The notes under the pieces are model-generated. The model was not told where the DNA came from. It was given only the letters and a program-made list of their open reading frames with translations, and did no database searches. From contig JAJYDW010000002.1 in NCBI GenBank assembly GCA_021790385.1, positions 7,551 through 71,550 on the forward strand: a DNA stretch of 64,000 nt. The letters are read 5' to 3'. This DNA is from Planctomycetota bacterium. Its GTDB lineage: Bacteria > Planctomycetota > Phycisphaerae > WQYP01. The position numbers and the translations under genes were made by a program. Each line of letters begins with the position of its first letter. Position 1 is the stretch's first letter. Positions 9,250 to 20,058 of this stretch are shown piece after piece.

Positions 9250-11106
9250 TCAATCCGTTTTTTTTCCATCATGGGGCAATATCCGCCGCCGCCGCTCACT
9301 CAACAAGTCACTAAACGATTCCGCCGATATCGCCGCCGCTCCCATATCCAGACCCGCTTCACCATATTCCTTGAGCCGTGCCAAGGATCCGGTTAATTTC
9401 TCCTGTAGATTGCCCCCAAGGGCCGCCTCCCGCTGATATTCAATGGCCATGGCGGCCAGCGGCCCTTCGCCGAGCATGCTGACAAACTCTCCCAGGCTGC
9501 ACTGGCCCAAGTCAACGGCACCCTCTACGTATTCCATTAACTCTGCGGCCAATTTCCGCACCGCACCTTCCGAAAATAATTCCAGGGTGAGCGCGTCGCC
9601 AAGCGGGGCATACAGTGTAAAATCCGTCAATAAGACCCCTATGACCCATTGCTGCGCCCGCATCCGGGCATCCCGTACGGCCGCCCGCTCCAAACCGCCT
9701 GGGGCCGGTTGCCCCTCCAAGACCGCCACTGGAGCCGGCGACGCCTGAGGGGTTGCCGCTGAAATCTTGCTAAGACTCCGGACCACATCATCAGCACTGA
9801 TGCCTATAAGCTCTGAGAGTCGATTGATAAACAGTCCGCGCCGTAAAACATCCATCGTGGTACCATGCATCGCCATCGCTACCATGCGCAGCATGGCCGT
9901 CGCCGCCTGCTGCTTTTGTACCAGCGAATCCGTGGTCCGAAACGCCCCACTCAAAATTTTCCACTGAAATTCCAGGGCTTCCAGCGCATGATCCACCACC
10001 TGTTTAAAGGCCGCTCCGCCATGGCTCATGCAGTAGTCGCAGGGGTCTTTGCTATCCGGCACGCCCGCAATTTTCACCTCGATCGGTTCGCGAATAAACA
10101 CTTCTAAAGCCCGGTCTGCGGCCCTCCTGCCTGCTTCATCGTTATCAAACGTAAGAACCACGGTCTCAATAAAACGCCGCAGCAACCTGGCATGTTCCGC
10201 AGTCAGTGATGTTCCCAAGGTCGCCACCACATTGGTGACACCCGCCTGGTGACACGCAATAACATCCATATACCCTTCAACCACCACGGCAGTTTTGGTG
10301 CGAAGCATCTCCGATCTGGCGGCATCCAGGCCGTACAAAGCTTCACGCTTCATAAATATCGGCGTCTCCGCTGAATTCAGGTACTTCGGCCCCTCCTCCG
10401 TGGGAACACCCGTCATAGCATCAGTTTTCCCAGACACGGCAGCCGGAATCACCCGTCCTCCAAATGCCACCACTCGACCGGTGACATCGCATATTGGAAA
10501 CATGACCCGGTTGCGAAAGACATCAAATACGCTGCCATCCGCACGTGCTTTACCCAAGCCCGCCTTGACCAGTTCTTGCCGGGTATGGCCCTTGCGCGTG
10601 GCCGCATCCGTCAGGTGTGTCCAGCCTTCCGGAGCCAGACCCAGACGAAAATTGTCAATGGTTTCCGGTGTCAAACCGCGGCTTCGCAGATAAGCCATCG
10701 CCGCAGTTCCGCTCCGCGATAACAAGCATTGCCGAAAATGCTCCATCGCCCACTCATTGACTTCGTACAAACGTTGTCGGGGTGTCGCGGTATCGGCACC
10801 TTTGCGCGACGGCAATTCGGGCAGGGTGATGCCCGCCTTGCCGGCCAGATAACGCAATGCTTCTCCCGGTGTCATCTTGTGATAATTCTGCACAAACCGA
10901 AAAACATCCCCCGCACTGGCGCAGACAAAGCAACTGAAAATCTGCTTCTGCGGACTCACATACATCGAAGGTCGCCGGTCATCATGAAATGGGCACAGAC
11001 CTACCAACTCCTTTCCCGCACGCTTGAGCGCTATATGTTCCCCGATAATGTCCTCTATGCGAACTGCTTCACGAACCGTCTGAAATATTACGCTTGAATC
11101 ACTCAT
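9250..11106 (-). CDS. dnaG: DNA primase
   Basis: 618 aa. It has the N-terminal CHC2 zinc finger (GLCPFHDDRRPSMYVSP...FSCFVCASAGDV) and a TOPRIM region (VVVEGYMDVIA, LTFDNDEAGRRAA). It sits immediately upstream of rpoD, the classic dnaG-rpoD arrangement. Confidence 0.9.
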   Translation of the reverse strand: MSDSSVIFQTVREAVRIEDIIGEHIALKRAGKELVGLCPFHDDRRPSMYVSPQKQIFSCFVCASAGDVFRFVQNYHKMTPGEALRYLAGKAGITLPELPSRKGADTATPRQRLYEVNEWAMEHFRQCLLSRSGTAAMAYLRSRGLTPETIDNFRLGLAPEGWTHLTDAATRKGHTRQELVKAGLGKARADGSVFDVFRNRVMFPICDVTGRVVAFGGRVIPAAVSGKTDAMTGVPTEEGPKYLNSAETPIFMKREALYGLDAARSEMLRTKTAVVVEGYMDVIACHQAGVTNVVATLGTSLTAEHARLLRRFIETVVLTFDNDEAGRRAADRALEVFIREPIEVKIAGVPDSKDPCDYCMSHGGAAFKQVVDHALEALEFQWKILSGAFRTTDSLVQKQQAATAMLRMVAMAMHGTTMDVLRRGLFINRLSELIGISADDVVRSLSKISAATPQASPAPVAVLEGQPAPGGLERAAVRDARMRAQQWVIGVLLTDFTLYAPLGDALTLELFSEGAVRKLAAELMEYVEGAVDLGQCSLGEFVSMLGEGPLAAMAIEYQREAALGGNLQEKLTGSLARLKEYGEAGLDMGAAAISAESFSDLLSERRRRILPHDGKKTD

Positions 11107-11282
11107 CGCACACTATCTTACCGGCAAAGACGCAATTAAAAATCTTACCTGTCCGCAAAACGCCGTCCTTAGCCGTATTATAGGACTGTTAAGCACCCTC
11201 TACTCACTCTCGCGACCGCGCTCGAAGCCCAATTCACATACGCTATAATAACCCATCAGGAACGGCCAACGGGAATTTCACC

Positions 11283-11966
11283 ATGACAATTGACACTTTG
11301 CATATCGGAGATCGAGTTTACGCACCTTGGCGTAAAGAACGGCTTTTCCCCGCCAGAGTTACTTTTCTATCCAATGGAACCGCCTATGTTTCCTATGACG
11401 ATGGCGAAACCGATCGACTGCCCAGCCGGAAATTACAACCCTCCAACAAAGTCTTTATCATCGAATCTGTATCCCGCCGCCCCACTGAAAAATTTTGGTC
11501 CGAAGGACGGTTGCTGGGCGAATTTCTCCGGATGATTGGATCACGCGCGTTGTATTCCTTTATCCGCACCAAACTGGAGTTGCGCCATTTCCTCAAACAG
11601 GCCAGGCTTTCCAGTGGCCGACACATTCATCTTTCCATGCACGGTCTGCGCCGCAAGCTGGTTCTGCAACTGGAAGAAGTGGATGTGGATGAAATTATAG
11701 AAATGGCCGGCGATTTAACGGGCAAAATCGTCTTTTCATCGAGTTGTCTCACAGGGCACGATTCGTTCGCCAAAGCCTTTGTCAAGGGCACTAATGCGCA
11801 GGCTTTCATCAGCCCGCGACGCGAAATCCGCTGGGCCGATGCCGCACTGGTAAGCCAACTTTTTTACAAGAAGCTTTTCTGCGATGGTGTAAGTCCCTAC
11901 GTAGCCTACCGGTTTGTGCGAAAAATGTACCCGCAGCACGCCGATCTGAGCTTTTTTAGCAGTTGA
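11283..11966 (+). CDS. Hypothetical two-domain protein: N-terminal Tudor/SH3-like beta-barrel fused to a minimal CHAT/caspase-like (clan CD) domain
   Basis: The N-terminus (IGDRVYAPWRKERLFPARVTFLSNGTAYVSYDDGETDRL) fits the Tudor-knot pattern. The C-terminus has a hydrophobic strand plus HG (RHIHLSMHG), then about 35 aa later a strand plus Cys (KIVFSSSCLTG), followed by AKAFVKGTNAQAFISPRREIRWADAALVSQLFYKKLF. That mirrors the CHAT consensus (..HG.., ..LSAC.T.., ..AFL.AGA..VI.SLW.V.D..A..LM..FY..L). Confidence 0.45.
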   Translation: MTIDTLHIGDRVYAPWRKERLFPARVTFLSNGTAYVSYDDGETDRLPSRKLQPSNKVFIIESVSRRPTEKFWSEGRLLGEFLRMIGSRALYSFIRTKLELRHFLKQARLSSGRHIHLSMHGLRRKLVLQLEEVDVDEIIEMAGDLTGKIVFSSSCLTGHDSFAKAFVKGTNAQAFISPRREIRWADAALVSQLFYKKLFCDGVSPYVAYRFVRKMYPQHADLSFFSS

Positions 11967-12000
11967 TCGACGGCCATTGCGGGGATGCCTGACGCCGCCT

Positions 12001-14115
12001 TCAACCCACATGCTCTATCTGGCACTCCGGCAAAGCCCGCAGAAAAATCTTCCCGTAGTGCTTGGTTGTAATGCGCTTGTCCAGCACTACCACAATACCG
12101 GTGTCGCGGCGCGTACGAATCAGTCGCCCAAAGCCCTGCTTGAATTTGAGAACCGCTTCCGGAACCTGATATTCCATAAAAGGGTTACCGCCTCCAGCTC
12201 GAATGGCCTCTACCCGGGCTTCCACCAACGGCTTATCGGGCACCGCAAAGGGCAATTTGGTGATAATCACATTGGATAGTGCTTCGCCCGGCACATCCAC
12301 CCCCTGCCAAAAGGAATCCGTTCCCAGCAGTACGCTGTTATTCTGCGCACGAAAACGGTCCAAAAGTTGGCCACGGGCCAGCCTGCCATCATGCGTGTGC
12401 ATCGGATAACCCAACGCCTGAAGCTGGGGACGCAAAATAGCCGCAGCCTGATCTATCTGACTGTAACTGGTGAACAAAATAAACGCCCGCCCTTTGCTCA
12501 ATCGAATGTAGTGCATGGCTCTATCCATGGCCCGCGGCAGGAAATCCGGTTCGTCCGGTGTCGGCAAGCCGCTTTCAAGGTAAAGTGTTACCTGTTCTTT
12601 ATAATTAAAGGGTGAACCTAATTGCAGTTCCTGCCCGACCGCCAAACCAATACGCCTGCGAAAAAAGGCAAACGCTCCCCCCAGGTCGGTGGAAACGGCC
12701 GAAGATTGTTTTTCATCCTTGGCGATTGTTCGCCTGCTGGACTTGCCACCAGAGCCGGTCTCCGGTGTGGTCAACGTGGCACTGGTAAGAATCACCGAAC
12801 CTTTCATGGAAAATAGATTAGCCGCCAGATGATCCGATACATCAATGGGACTGGAGCTAAGTGCAATGCGGCGGTGGCCGCGACCGGTGTTTTCGATCCA
12901 GTAAACGCTGTCCGGATGCTCCTGCTCAAGCAAAGTCTCGGCCACGGTGGCCAGGCCGCGGCATCGGTTGGCAAAACTGGTGAGTTCAAAGCGATCGCGC
13001 TGGGCCTCTTGCGCCGGGCCGGCAGGCGGCGCGCCATCCTCAGGGTCATCGGTAACCGGGCCGGCGGCAGCACCCACACGCAAGGCGCATACCGCGGCCA
13101 AAGCGTCCAGATTTTTCCCCAGTGTCACCAACGCCGGAGACAGGCAATTTTCAATGATATTTTTATCACGAACCCGACCATTGTTAGATCCGGAATTTTT
13201 GAGCCACAGCGCCAGCTCATCAAAAAACTGATCCGTTTGTGCCATCGCGCTGTCTACCGCTGCAATAGCGGGTTTCATGTCCATCGCCTTGAGGCTTGCT
13301 AAAAAACCCCTTCCCTGTCGGGATTGGTGCAAACTGCTTAGCAGATAGCGCACCTGGCTTTCTTTGAGAGACAGGCCAAGATGGTCCGCAGCCACGGCTT
13401 CAATGGTGTGCGCCTCATCGAGAATCACAATGTCACAGTTGGGCAACATGGATGAACCTGCTCGACGAAGTGCTAAATCTGAAAAAAACATGGCATGGTT
13501 GCACACCAGTATCTGTCCATGGGCCATACGGCGCCGACTGGCCTGGTAGAAGCAGTGGTCATAAAACTTGCAGCGTTTGCCCAGACAATTACCGTGTTCA
13601 GCGCAGGTTTTATCCCAAACCTGCCATGCGGGCTGACGGGGCAGGTCCGACAGCGATCCGTCGGTGGTATGGGCGGACCAGTCGCGAATCATCTGCAAAT
13701 CTTCAACCTGCCTGGCATCGGCAAAAAGATGAACACTTTTCTGGTGGGCTTGTTCAGTACGACGCTGGCAAAGATAATTGGACCGTCCCTTGCACAGCAC
13801 CGCGGAAAATTCCTCGCCCGTAACAGCCCGCAAAAAGGGTATGTCCTTATCTATCAACTGTTCCTGCAGGCTGATCGTATGAGTAGAAATAAGCACACGG
13901 CGACGGTTTTCAACGACCTCGGCAATGGCGGGCAGCAGATAGGCAAAAGATTTGCCTACACCTGTACCCGCTTCCACAATCAGGTGTTGACGATTTTTGA
14001 AGGCTTCGGCCACAGCCGCGGCCATTTCCACCTGTTGCGGACGTAGTTCAAAGTTACCCATGCGGCGGGCAACAACGCCGCCTGGAGAAAGAAAACTCTT
14101 AACATCAATCGCCAT
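12001..14115 (-). CDS. dinG: ATP-dependent DNA helicase, DinG/Rad3 (XPD-like) family
   Basis: 704 aa. It has a Walker A (AGTGVGKS), a DEAH box (LDEAHTIEA), four Cys for an Fe-S cluster (CKGRSNYLC...C...C) and a typical DinG C-terminus ([13 protein letters not shown]). Confidence 0.85.
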   Translation of the reverse strand: MAIDVKSFLSPGGVVARRMGNFELRPQQVEMAAAVAEAFKNRQHLIVEAGTGVGKSFAYLLPAIAEVVENRRRVLISTHTISLQEQLIDKDIPFLRAVTGEEFSAVLCKGRSNYLCQRRTEQAHQKSVHLFADARQVEDLQMIRDWSAHTTDGSLSDLPRQPAWQVWDKTCAEHGNCLGKRCKFYDHCFYQASRRRMAHGQILVCNHAMFFSDLALRRAGSSMLPNCDIVILDEAHTIEAVAADHLGLSLKESQVRYLLSSLHQSRQGRGFLASLKAMDMKPAIAAVDSAMAQTDQFFDELALWLKNSGSNNGRVRDKNIIENCLSPALVTLGKNLDALAAVCALRVGAAAGPVTDDPEDGAPPAGPAQEAQRDRFELTSFANRCRGLATVAETLLEQEHPDSVYWIENTGRGHRRIALSSSPIDVSDHLAANLFSMKGSVILTSATLTTPETGSGGKSSRRTIAKDEKQSSAVSTDLGGAFAFFRRRIGLAVGQELQLGSPFNYKEQVTLYLESGLPTPDEPDFLPRAMDRAMHYIRLSKGRAFILFTSYSQIDQAAAILRPQLQALGYPMHTHDGRLARGQLLDRFRAQNNSVLLGTDSFWQGVDVPGEALSNVIITKLPFAVPDKPLVEARVEAIRAGGGNPFMEYQVPEAVLKFKQGFGRLIRTRRDTGIVVVLDKRITTKHYGKIFLRALPECQIEHVG

Positions 14116-14159
14116 GTTTTAGAGCATACCGCGGCGGGAATACGCCGCAACCATGCCGC

Positions 14160-15056
14160 CTAGGATGGCTGGGGGGACGAATCGTGCTCGGGCCGATTGG
14201 CCAGCCAGTCTTCCAGCGTCGCTACACGCTCCGGGTGCTTGCGGCTCCTAACCAGAAATCCCGCTCCGTGCTGGGGCATCGGATCCTGATCTGTCGGCTG
14301 ATAGCGCAGATCCACACTCCAACGTACATGATCAGATTGGTTGGGGGTGGATGAATGCACCAGACGATCGTTGAACAATATCGCACTGCCGGCCTTCACG
14401 GGCAAGGCCACGATATTGGCATTTCGGGTTAAAGACTTCAGGTATTTTTCATCCACTTCCAGATAAGAAGTGCCCGTATGCGATTCATGATGATAATCGA
14501 GCACCCGTTTTTTCTGGGTGCGCGGAATTACGTGCAGACAGCCGTTTTCATGGGTGGCATCCACCAGCGGAATCCACACGGTGATAACGGGGTTGGAATT
14601 GGCGTCTGGCCAATAGCTTTTATCCTGATGCCACGGAACCGCCCCCGCCGCAACCTTGGGCACTTTGGGCCGCACGTTATACACCGGATTGGCAAAAAGT
14701 TCCGATCCGATGAGCGACTCCACCGCGCCAACGATTTTAGGATTGGACATGAGCATAAAATAACCCGCAATGCGATCACGCCAGCTACGACCATATTGCA
14801 GAAAATCCTTATCCGTGAGTCCGTCAAAAAGCTTCGCCAGGCGTGTGGCAAATGGTTCACGCTCCAATTTGTCCTTAATTTTGCCGTCGCGTAACAACTC
14901 CTCGGCGATGATATTCACCTTCTCGCTCATGGCGGCGCGGGCAGGGGCCATGTCGTCATCGGTAAGCAGGGGTTCTATGACAAGATAGCCTTCGCGATCA
15001 TAGTGCTCAATTTGTTGGGCTGTCAGCGTGCCATGATTCGGGTTGCGTTCCATCAT
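14160..15056 (-). CDS. Phytanoyl-CoA dioxygenase (PhyH) family Fe(II)/2-oxoglutarate-dependent oxygenase
   Basis: 298 aa. The motifs PWHQDKSYW ... HxD-type iron site (VWIPLVDATHENG), a distal His and R..S fit PhyH-family cupins. Confidence 0.7.
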   Translation of the reverse strand: MMERNPNHGTLTAQQIEHYDREGYLVIEPLLTDDDMAPARAAMSEKVNIIAEELLRDGKIKDKLEREPFATRLAKLFDGLTDKDFLQYGRSWRDRIAGYFMLMSNPKIVGAVESLIGSELFANPVYNVRPKVPKVAAGAVPWHQDKSYWPDANSNPVITVWIPLVDATHENGCLHVIPRTQKKRVLDYHHESHTGTSYLEVDEKYLKSLTRNANIVALPVKAGSAILFNDRLVHSSTPNQSDHVRWSVDLRYQPTDQDPMPQHGAGFLVRSRKHPERVATLEDWLANRPEHDSSPQPS

Positions 15057-15080
15057 TAATCCTTTAGAAAATCGGCGGCT

Positions 15081-15470
15081 TTACCGGGTGATGGCAGAAC
15101 GGTGCCCCGTTCCCAGCCAGAGACGAATCACTTGGACCCGGTAGAGCGCGTTGGGCATCAACGGACTTTTCTTGTTACGCAGCAGTTGGCCGAAAATCTC
15201 TACCTGCTGGCCGGGAGAAAATCCGCTCATGCTCCGAGCCGGAGTCAGGATAAGCCGTCCACCGTACGGATCGTTGCTGACCACTCCTGCATAACGCAAG
15301 GTCCAGTGGCCGTGCGATCCTCCGACGTAATTAAGCCGGCCAAAGACAATGCGATAATCCGGACTATGCCAGCCGGGGCGGCCCGCCGGATACGGATTTA
15401 AACTGCCGCACCCGGTCAGGAAAAGAGCCAGGCACAGGCTTGCGGCAATTAGATGGAAGTTGCGGACCAT
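15081..15470 (-). CDS. Hypothetical lipoprotein
   Basis: 129 aa. A signal peptide ends in a lipobox (LFLTGC). No recognisable domain. Confidence 0.5.
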   Translation of the reverse strand: MVRNFHLIAASLCLALFLTGCGSLNPYPAGRPGWHSPDYRIVFGRLNYVGGSHGHWTLRYAGVVSNDPYGGRLILTPARSMSGFSPGQQVEIFGQLLRNKKSPLMPNALYRVQVIRLWLGTGHRSAITR

Positions 15471-15542
15471 GATATTCCAATCCTTTCAAGGGTAGTCTGG
15501 ACCCCTTCACGCCGCTTGCTGGCAGGCCAGCGTTCTGGCGTA

Positions 15543-16979
15543 TCAGGCGGTGTCACCAATAGTGTGAACCATCAGGCCATTGGTAGTGCCGGCGGTGCCC
15601 AGCGGAGCACCGGCGGCAATTAACACACGATCTCCGCAGCACGCCCAGCCGCGCCTTACCACCAAATCATCCACCATCACCGGCAGATCGTCAAAATGCG
15701 CGGGAATGTCCGTTTGCAGGGGCACTACGCCATAGTATAGCGCCATTCGCCGCACCGCCGCCGCATTGGTGGAAAGAGCCACCACCGGGATATTAAAGCG
15801 ATTTTTGGAAAGAAATCGCGCTGAACCGCCCGCCTGCGACCACACCACCACCAGGCGGGCGTCCATGTCGCGGGCGATCAGCTTGGCTCCATACGCAATG
15901 GCCGCAGTTTGATGATGCATCAACTGGAGCAAACGCGGCGGAGGCCACTCTATATTGCTTTTGTCAATGTAATCTTCCGTTTTATCGGCAATTTGTCGCA
16001 GCATTTCTACCGCCGCCACCGGATGTTGCCCGGTGGCCGTTTCGCCGGAAAGCATCACGGCATCAGCCCCATCGAGAATGGCGTTGGCAACGTCAGATAC
16101 TTCCGCACGCGTAGGCGACGGATGTTCTACCATGGATTGCAGCATTTGCGTGGCCACAATCACCGGCTTGCCTGCGTCATGCGCTGCCCGCACCACCTGC
16201 TTTTGCAATAGCGGCACCGCCGTCAGATCCATCTCCACTCCCATGTCTCCGCGGGCTACCAGAATGGCGTCGGCGGCATTGGTGATAGCGACGATATCTT
16301 CCACCGCCTGCGGCATTTCTATTTTGGCAATCAACGCAATGTCCGTATTGCGGGAGTTGAGGTAAGATCGGACCGATTCAACGTCGGCACTGCTGCGTAC
16401 AAACGAAAGGGCCAGATAGTCAATCTGGTTGGCAATCGCCCAGTCTATATCTGCCCAGTCCTTATCGGTGATGCTGGCGATGTGCAGGTGCGTGTTGGGC
16501 AGGTTCAGTCCCTTATTACCCAGAATGATTCCGCCGACAGTCACTTTGCACCGAATGGCATCGGTTTGTTTGTCTATGACCAGCGCCCGAATCATGCCAT
16601 CATCAATCAGCAGTTTCTGACCGAGTTCCACATCATCAATCAGAACCGGGCAATTGCAACTGAAAACGCCCGCGACCCCCTGCGCCGGTTGGCGCTGGAT
16701 GGTAAATTCATCCCCGGGCACGACACGCACCCCGCCGTCAATGACCGGTCCAAGCCTAATCTTTGGCCCGCACAGATCGCCCATAATGGCCGGCGGGAAT
16801 TCCGTGTTAGCCGCCCGAATCATACCGAGAAAATTATTGCGCTGTTCAAGGGAGCCGTGCGAAAAATTCAGCCTGGCAACGGATATCCCAAGGTCACAAA
16901 ACCGTTTAAACACCGCGGGTGTACCGCTGGCCGGTCCAAGGGTAACAACCATTTTGGTACGAGATCTTTCCAACATCAT
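15543..16979 (-). CDS. pyk: Pyruvate kinase
   Basis: 478 aa. N-terminal KMVVTLGPAS, then RLNFSHG and MGDLCGPKIRLG, and an active-site region AIMVARGDMGVE-like (ILVARGDMGVEM). Confidence 0.9.
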   Translation of the reverse strand: MMLERSRTKMVVTLGPASGTPAVFKRFCDLGISVARLNFSHGSLEQRNNFLGMIRAANTEFPPAIMGDLCGPKIRLGPVIDGGVRVVPGDEFTIQRQPAQGVAGVFSCNCPVLIDDVELGQKLLIDDGMIRALVIDKQTDAIRCKVTVGGIILGNKGLNLPNTHLHIASITDKDWADIDWAIANQIDYLALSFVRSSADVESVRSYLNSRNTDIALIAKIEMPQAVEDIVAITNAADAILVARGDMGVEMDLTAVPLLQKQVVRAAHDAGKPVIVATQMLQSMVEHPSPTRAEVSDVANAILDGADAVMLSGETATGQHPVAAVEMLRQIADKTEDYIDKSNIEWPPPRLLQLMHHQTAAIAYGAKLIARDMDARLVVVWSQAGGSARFLSKNRFNIPVVALSTNAAAVRRMALYYGVVPLQTDIPAHFDDLPVMVDDLVVRRGWACCGDRVLIAAGAPLGTAGTTNGLMVHTIGDTA

Positions 16980-17043
16980 GTGCGCAAACCTTTCAAAGCC
17001 CTCCAGCCTTTTATCGCCGCCACCAAAACCGCTAACACGCAGG

Positions 17044-18822
17044 TTATTTTGGTTTTATCACCGCAATGGAAAGTTCCTGCAACTGTCGGGATTCCACTAC
17101 CGATGGAGCCTCGGTCATCAAATCAGTGCCGCTTTGGGTTTTTGGAAAAGCGATAACATCCCGAATACTGGACCGGTTAAGCATAAGCATCACCAGGCGG
17201 TCGAGTCCCAGTGCGATTCCTCCATGCGGTGGAGCGCCATACTTGAGGGCGTCAAGCAAAAACCCGAATTTTTTCTGGGCATCTTCCGGAGAAATACCGA
17301 GTATGGAAAATACTTTGGATTGCACCTGTCCCTGGTGAATACGGATGGATCCGCCTCCGATTTCAATGCCATTGAGTACAATATCATATGCCTTCGCGCG
17401 TACTTTTACGGGGTCTGTATCGAGCAACGGCAGATCTTCATCGAGAGGCGCGGTGAAGGGATGATGTTTGGCCACATAGCGCGCCGATGCGGTATCAAAT
17501 TCGAAACTTGGAAAGTCCGTCACCCACAGAAATGCATGCCGATCCGGCGGAATAAGATTCAGTTGCCGGGCCAGCACCTGCCGAAGTTCTCCCAGCACAC
17601 GCCATCCTATTTCCTGCTTGTCCGCAATTGCCAGCAGAATATCGCCGTCGCGGGCGGCGGTTTTTTCCCGCAGTGTTTGCTGCAGTGCCGGAGTAAGAAA
17701 TTTCGCGATTGGACCACCCATGGTGCCCGCTCCAGCCTCGCCACCCAGCTTAAGCCAGGCCAACCCTTTCGCCCCCAGCCGTTTGGCTTCGTCCGTCAGA
17801 CCTTCTAATTGCTTGCGCGAAAGCGCCGCTCCTCCGGGCACGGCTATCATTTTAACTCGCCCTCCAGCCGCAACTGCATCGCGAAACACCGCAAAGTCCG
17901 CATGGGCTACCGCGTCGCTGACATCGCACAGCTCCAGGCCGTAACGCATATCGGGGCGGTCGATACCGAAGCGATCCATGGCCTGCTGCCAGGTCAGATG
18001 TACGAAAGGTATATGAATTTCTATGCCCAGCACTTCACGCCATAGCCGCACAATCAAACCGGTGATCAGTTCCATCACCTGCCGGCGATCCACAAAACTC
18101 ATTTCCAGATCCAACTGGGTGAATTCGGGCTGGCGATCGGAGCGCAAGTCTTCATCGCGAAAACAGCGGGCAATCTGCATGTAGCGGTCCATACCCCCTG
18201 CCATCAGCACCTGCTTGAAAAGCTGCGGACTTTGCGGCAGTGCATAAAATTCACCGGGATGCAGTCGTGAAGGAACCAGAAATTCTCGTGCTCCCTCGGG
18301 CGTACTTTTATAGAGAATGGGTGTTTCAATTTCTAAAAATCCGTGCGCATCGCAGTAGTCCCGCATGATTTTTGTTACGCGATGGCGCAGCATCAGGGCC
18401 TCAGTCATGTCGCGCCGGCGCAGGTCCAGATAACGATATTTCAGCCGCACGTCCTCATTGACGGGATCATGTTGCGCCGGTGAAAACGGCGTCGCCTCGG
18501 ATTTATTCACAAGATCCACCTCCTCGGCGAGAACTTCAATTTCTCCCGTGGGCATCTTGGGATTGATGGCGGCCGCCGAACGTTCCACCACACGGCCCTT
18601 CACCATCACCACATCTTCCGTGCGCAGTTGCCGGCCCAGGGCGTGCGCGGCGGAATGTTCCGGATGAAAGACCACTTGCGTGAGGCCTCCGCGGTCCCGC
18701 ATGTCCACAAATACCACGCCACCGTGATCCCGATAAGTTTGCACCCAGCCGGCCAGCGTAACTTCCCGCCCGCCATCGGCTTTCCGCAAGGTGCCACAAT
18801 CATGTGTGCGCTGTAATTTCAC
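17044..18822 (-). CDS. aspS: Aspartate--tRNA ligase
   Basis: 592 aa. It has an N-terminal anticodon-binding OB fold (RTHDCGTLR...GWV...RDHGG..F.D.RD) and class II core motifs ([16 protein letters not shown]; GGGSIR). Apparent GTG start. Confidence 0.9.
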   Translation of the reverse strand: MKLQRTHDCGTLRKADGGREVTLAGWVQTYRDHGGVVFVDMRDRGGLTQVVFHPEHSAAHALGRQLRTEDVVMVKGRVVERSAAAINPKMPTGEIEVLAEEVDLVNKSEATPFSPAQHDPVNEDVRLKYRYLDLRRRDMTEALMLRHRVTKIMRDYCDAHGFLEIETPILYKSTPEGAREFLVPSRLHPGEFYALPQSPQLFKQVLMAGGMDRYMQIARCFRDEDLRSDRQPEFTQLDLEMSFVDRRQVMELITGLIVRLWREVLGIEIHIPFVHLTWQQAMDRFGIDRPDMRYGLELCDVSDAVAHADFAVFRDAVAAGGRVKMIAVPGGAALSRKQLEGLTDEAKRLGAKGLAWLKLGGEAGAGTMGGPIAKFLTPALQQTLREKTAARDGDILLAIADKQEIGWRVLGELRQVLARQLNLIPPDRHAFLWVTDFPSFEFDTASARYVAKHHPFTAPLDEDLPLLDTDPVKVRAKAYDIVLNGIEIGGGSIRIHQGQVQSKVFSILGISPEDAQKKFGFLLDALKYGAPPHGGIALGLDRLVMLMLNRSSIRDVIAFPKTQSGTDLMTEAPSVVESRQLQELSIAVIKPK

Positions 18823-18900
18823 AAAGTTCCCTTCATAAATCCATCGGCCGCCAGGCGGTAACCCTTTGTTCTGCGTCTTTCAACGCTGCACCATGCACGG

Positions 18901-19965
18901 TCACTTGCCGCTGATCCACCGGGTCATCAACGGCAGCGCCGGCTCACCCTGAAGCGAATAACTCCCGTAATCGCTGGGTTTCCCACCCGGCATCCATTCC
19001 CACAAAAACGCTCCGGCAAAAGTCTTCTTGGGCAGACCATCCCAGGCCATGCCAAACGACTCATAGGCCCGCAATTGTTCATCGGGATCCAACGGTCCGC
19101 TGCCGGTATAATTCCACGGCTCCACGATGGTGTCCTGAAGATTATACCAGCCGATCTCGGTAAGCAGCAGTGGCCGGTGCATTTTCGCGGCAAAAGCCAG
19201 CACCTGTTTTTGAATCGGACGCCAGCGCTGAACCAGAGTGGACACCGTGTGGCCGGGGTGATACGCCAGCCGCCAATACGCATTCATGGCCACATAATTG
19301 AGTTCATGCCAGATCAACACTTGCTTGTAATGGTCCCAATTGGCGCTGTAAATAAGCTTGCCTTTGAATATTTTTCGAGTCATACGGACAATCCGCAGCC
19401 AGCGACCACGAAATTTTTCCGTTGAAAGCAGTTCGCTGCCCACCGAAAAAATGGAACACTTCCCCGCTGCGGCAACGCGGGCGTATGTGCGAATGTACGC
19501 CCGATAGCCGACAAACCATTGGTGCCAGCTTTGGGGTTTAATGGTGCCCCGCCACTGATCGCCCGTGGCATGGTCCAACAGAATAATCGGCATCAGCAGG
19601 GTGTGTATGCCTAGTTGATGGGCATATAACAACAGCCTGGTCATGACCTGAGGTCTGGCCGTGAGATTCCAGTTGAGGTACACGCGGTTGCTGTGTACAT
19701 CTTTTTGCCTTGCATCTACGACAAAATTAATCCATCGGCACCCCAGCTTCTGCAGGTGCTTGACCGAGCGGTAATATTTTTGGATGTTTTTAGGATCATT
19801 GATCTGTATGGCAAAGCCGCGAATCGGCGGCAGGCCTTTCAAGGGCAGAGGTACTACGGCCGACGCAGCAGCCACGTGTTGCCTATGGCGGGTCAGAAGA
19901 ATTCCACCCAGCAGAATTATCGCAATAACCATTCCGGCCAGAAAAGCGAGTTTACTTGTTTTCAC
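18901..19965 (-). CDS. Putative membrane-anchored glycoside hydrolase-like TIM-barrel protein (clan GH-A-like)
   Basis: 354 aa with an N-terminal TM anchor. The candidate catalytic glutamates, in SVGSEL and LLTEIGW, are spaced roughly 110 aa apart as in clan A hydrolases. Family assignment is uncertain. Confidence 0.4.
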   Translation of the reverse strand: MKTSKLAFLAGMVIAIILLGGILLTRHRQHVAAASAVVPLPLKGLPPIRGFAIQINDPKNIQKYYRSVKHLQKLGCRWINFVVDARQKDVHSNRVYLNWNLTARPQVMTRLLLYAHQLGIHTLLMPIILLDHATGDQWRGTIKPQSWHQWFVGYRAYIRTYARVAAAGKCSIFSVGSELLSTEKFRGRWLRIVRMTRKIFKGKLIYSANWDHYKQVLIWHELNYVAMNAYWRLAYHPGHTVSTLVQRWRPIQKQVLAFAAKMHRPLLLTEIGWYNLQDTIVEPWNYTGSGPLDPDEQLRAYESFGMAWDGLPKKTFAGAFLWEWMPGGKPSDYGSYSLQGEPALPLMTRWISGK

Positions 19966-20058
19966 GACGAAGCTACGTCCTTTCTTATGCCCGCTCCAAC
20001 AGCGGACGACGCATTGTCTTGGAATACGCCGGGTCTTTCAAGGGCAGGATTGCGTGTT

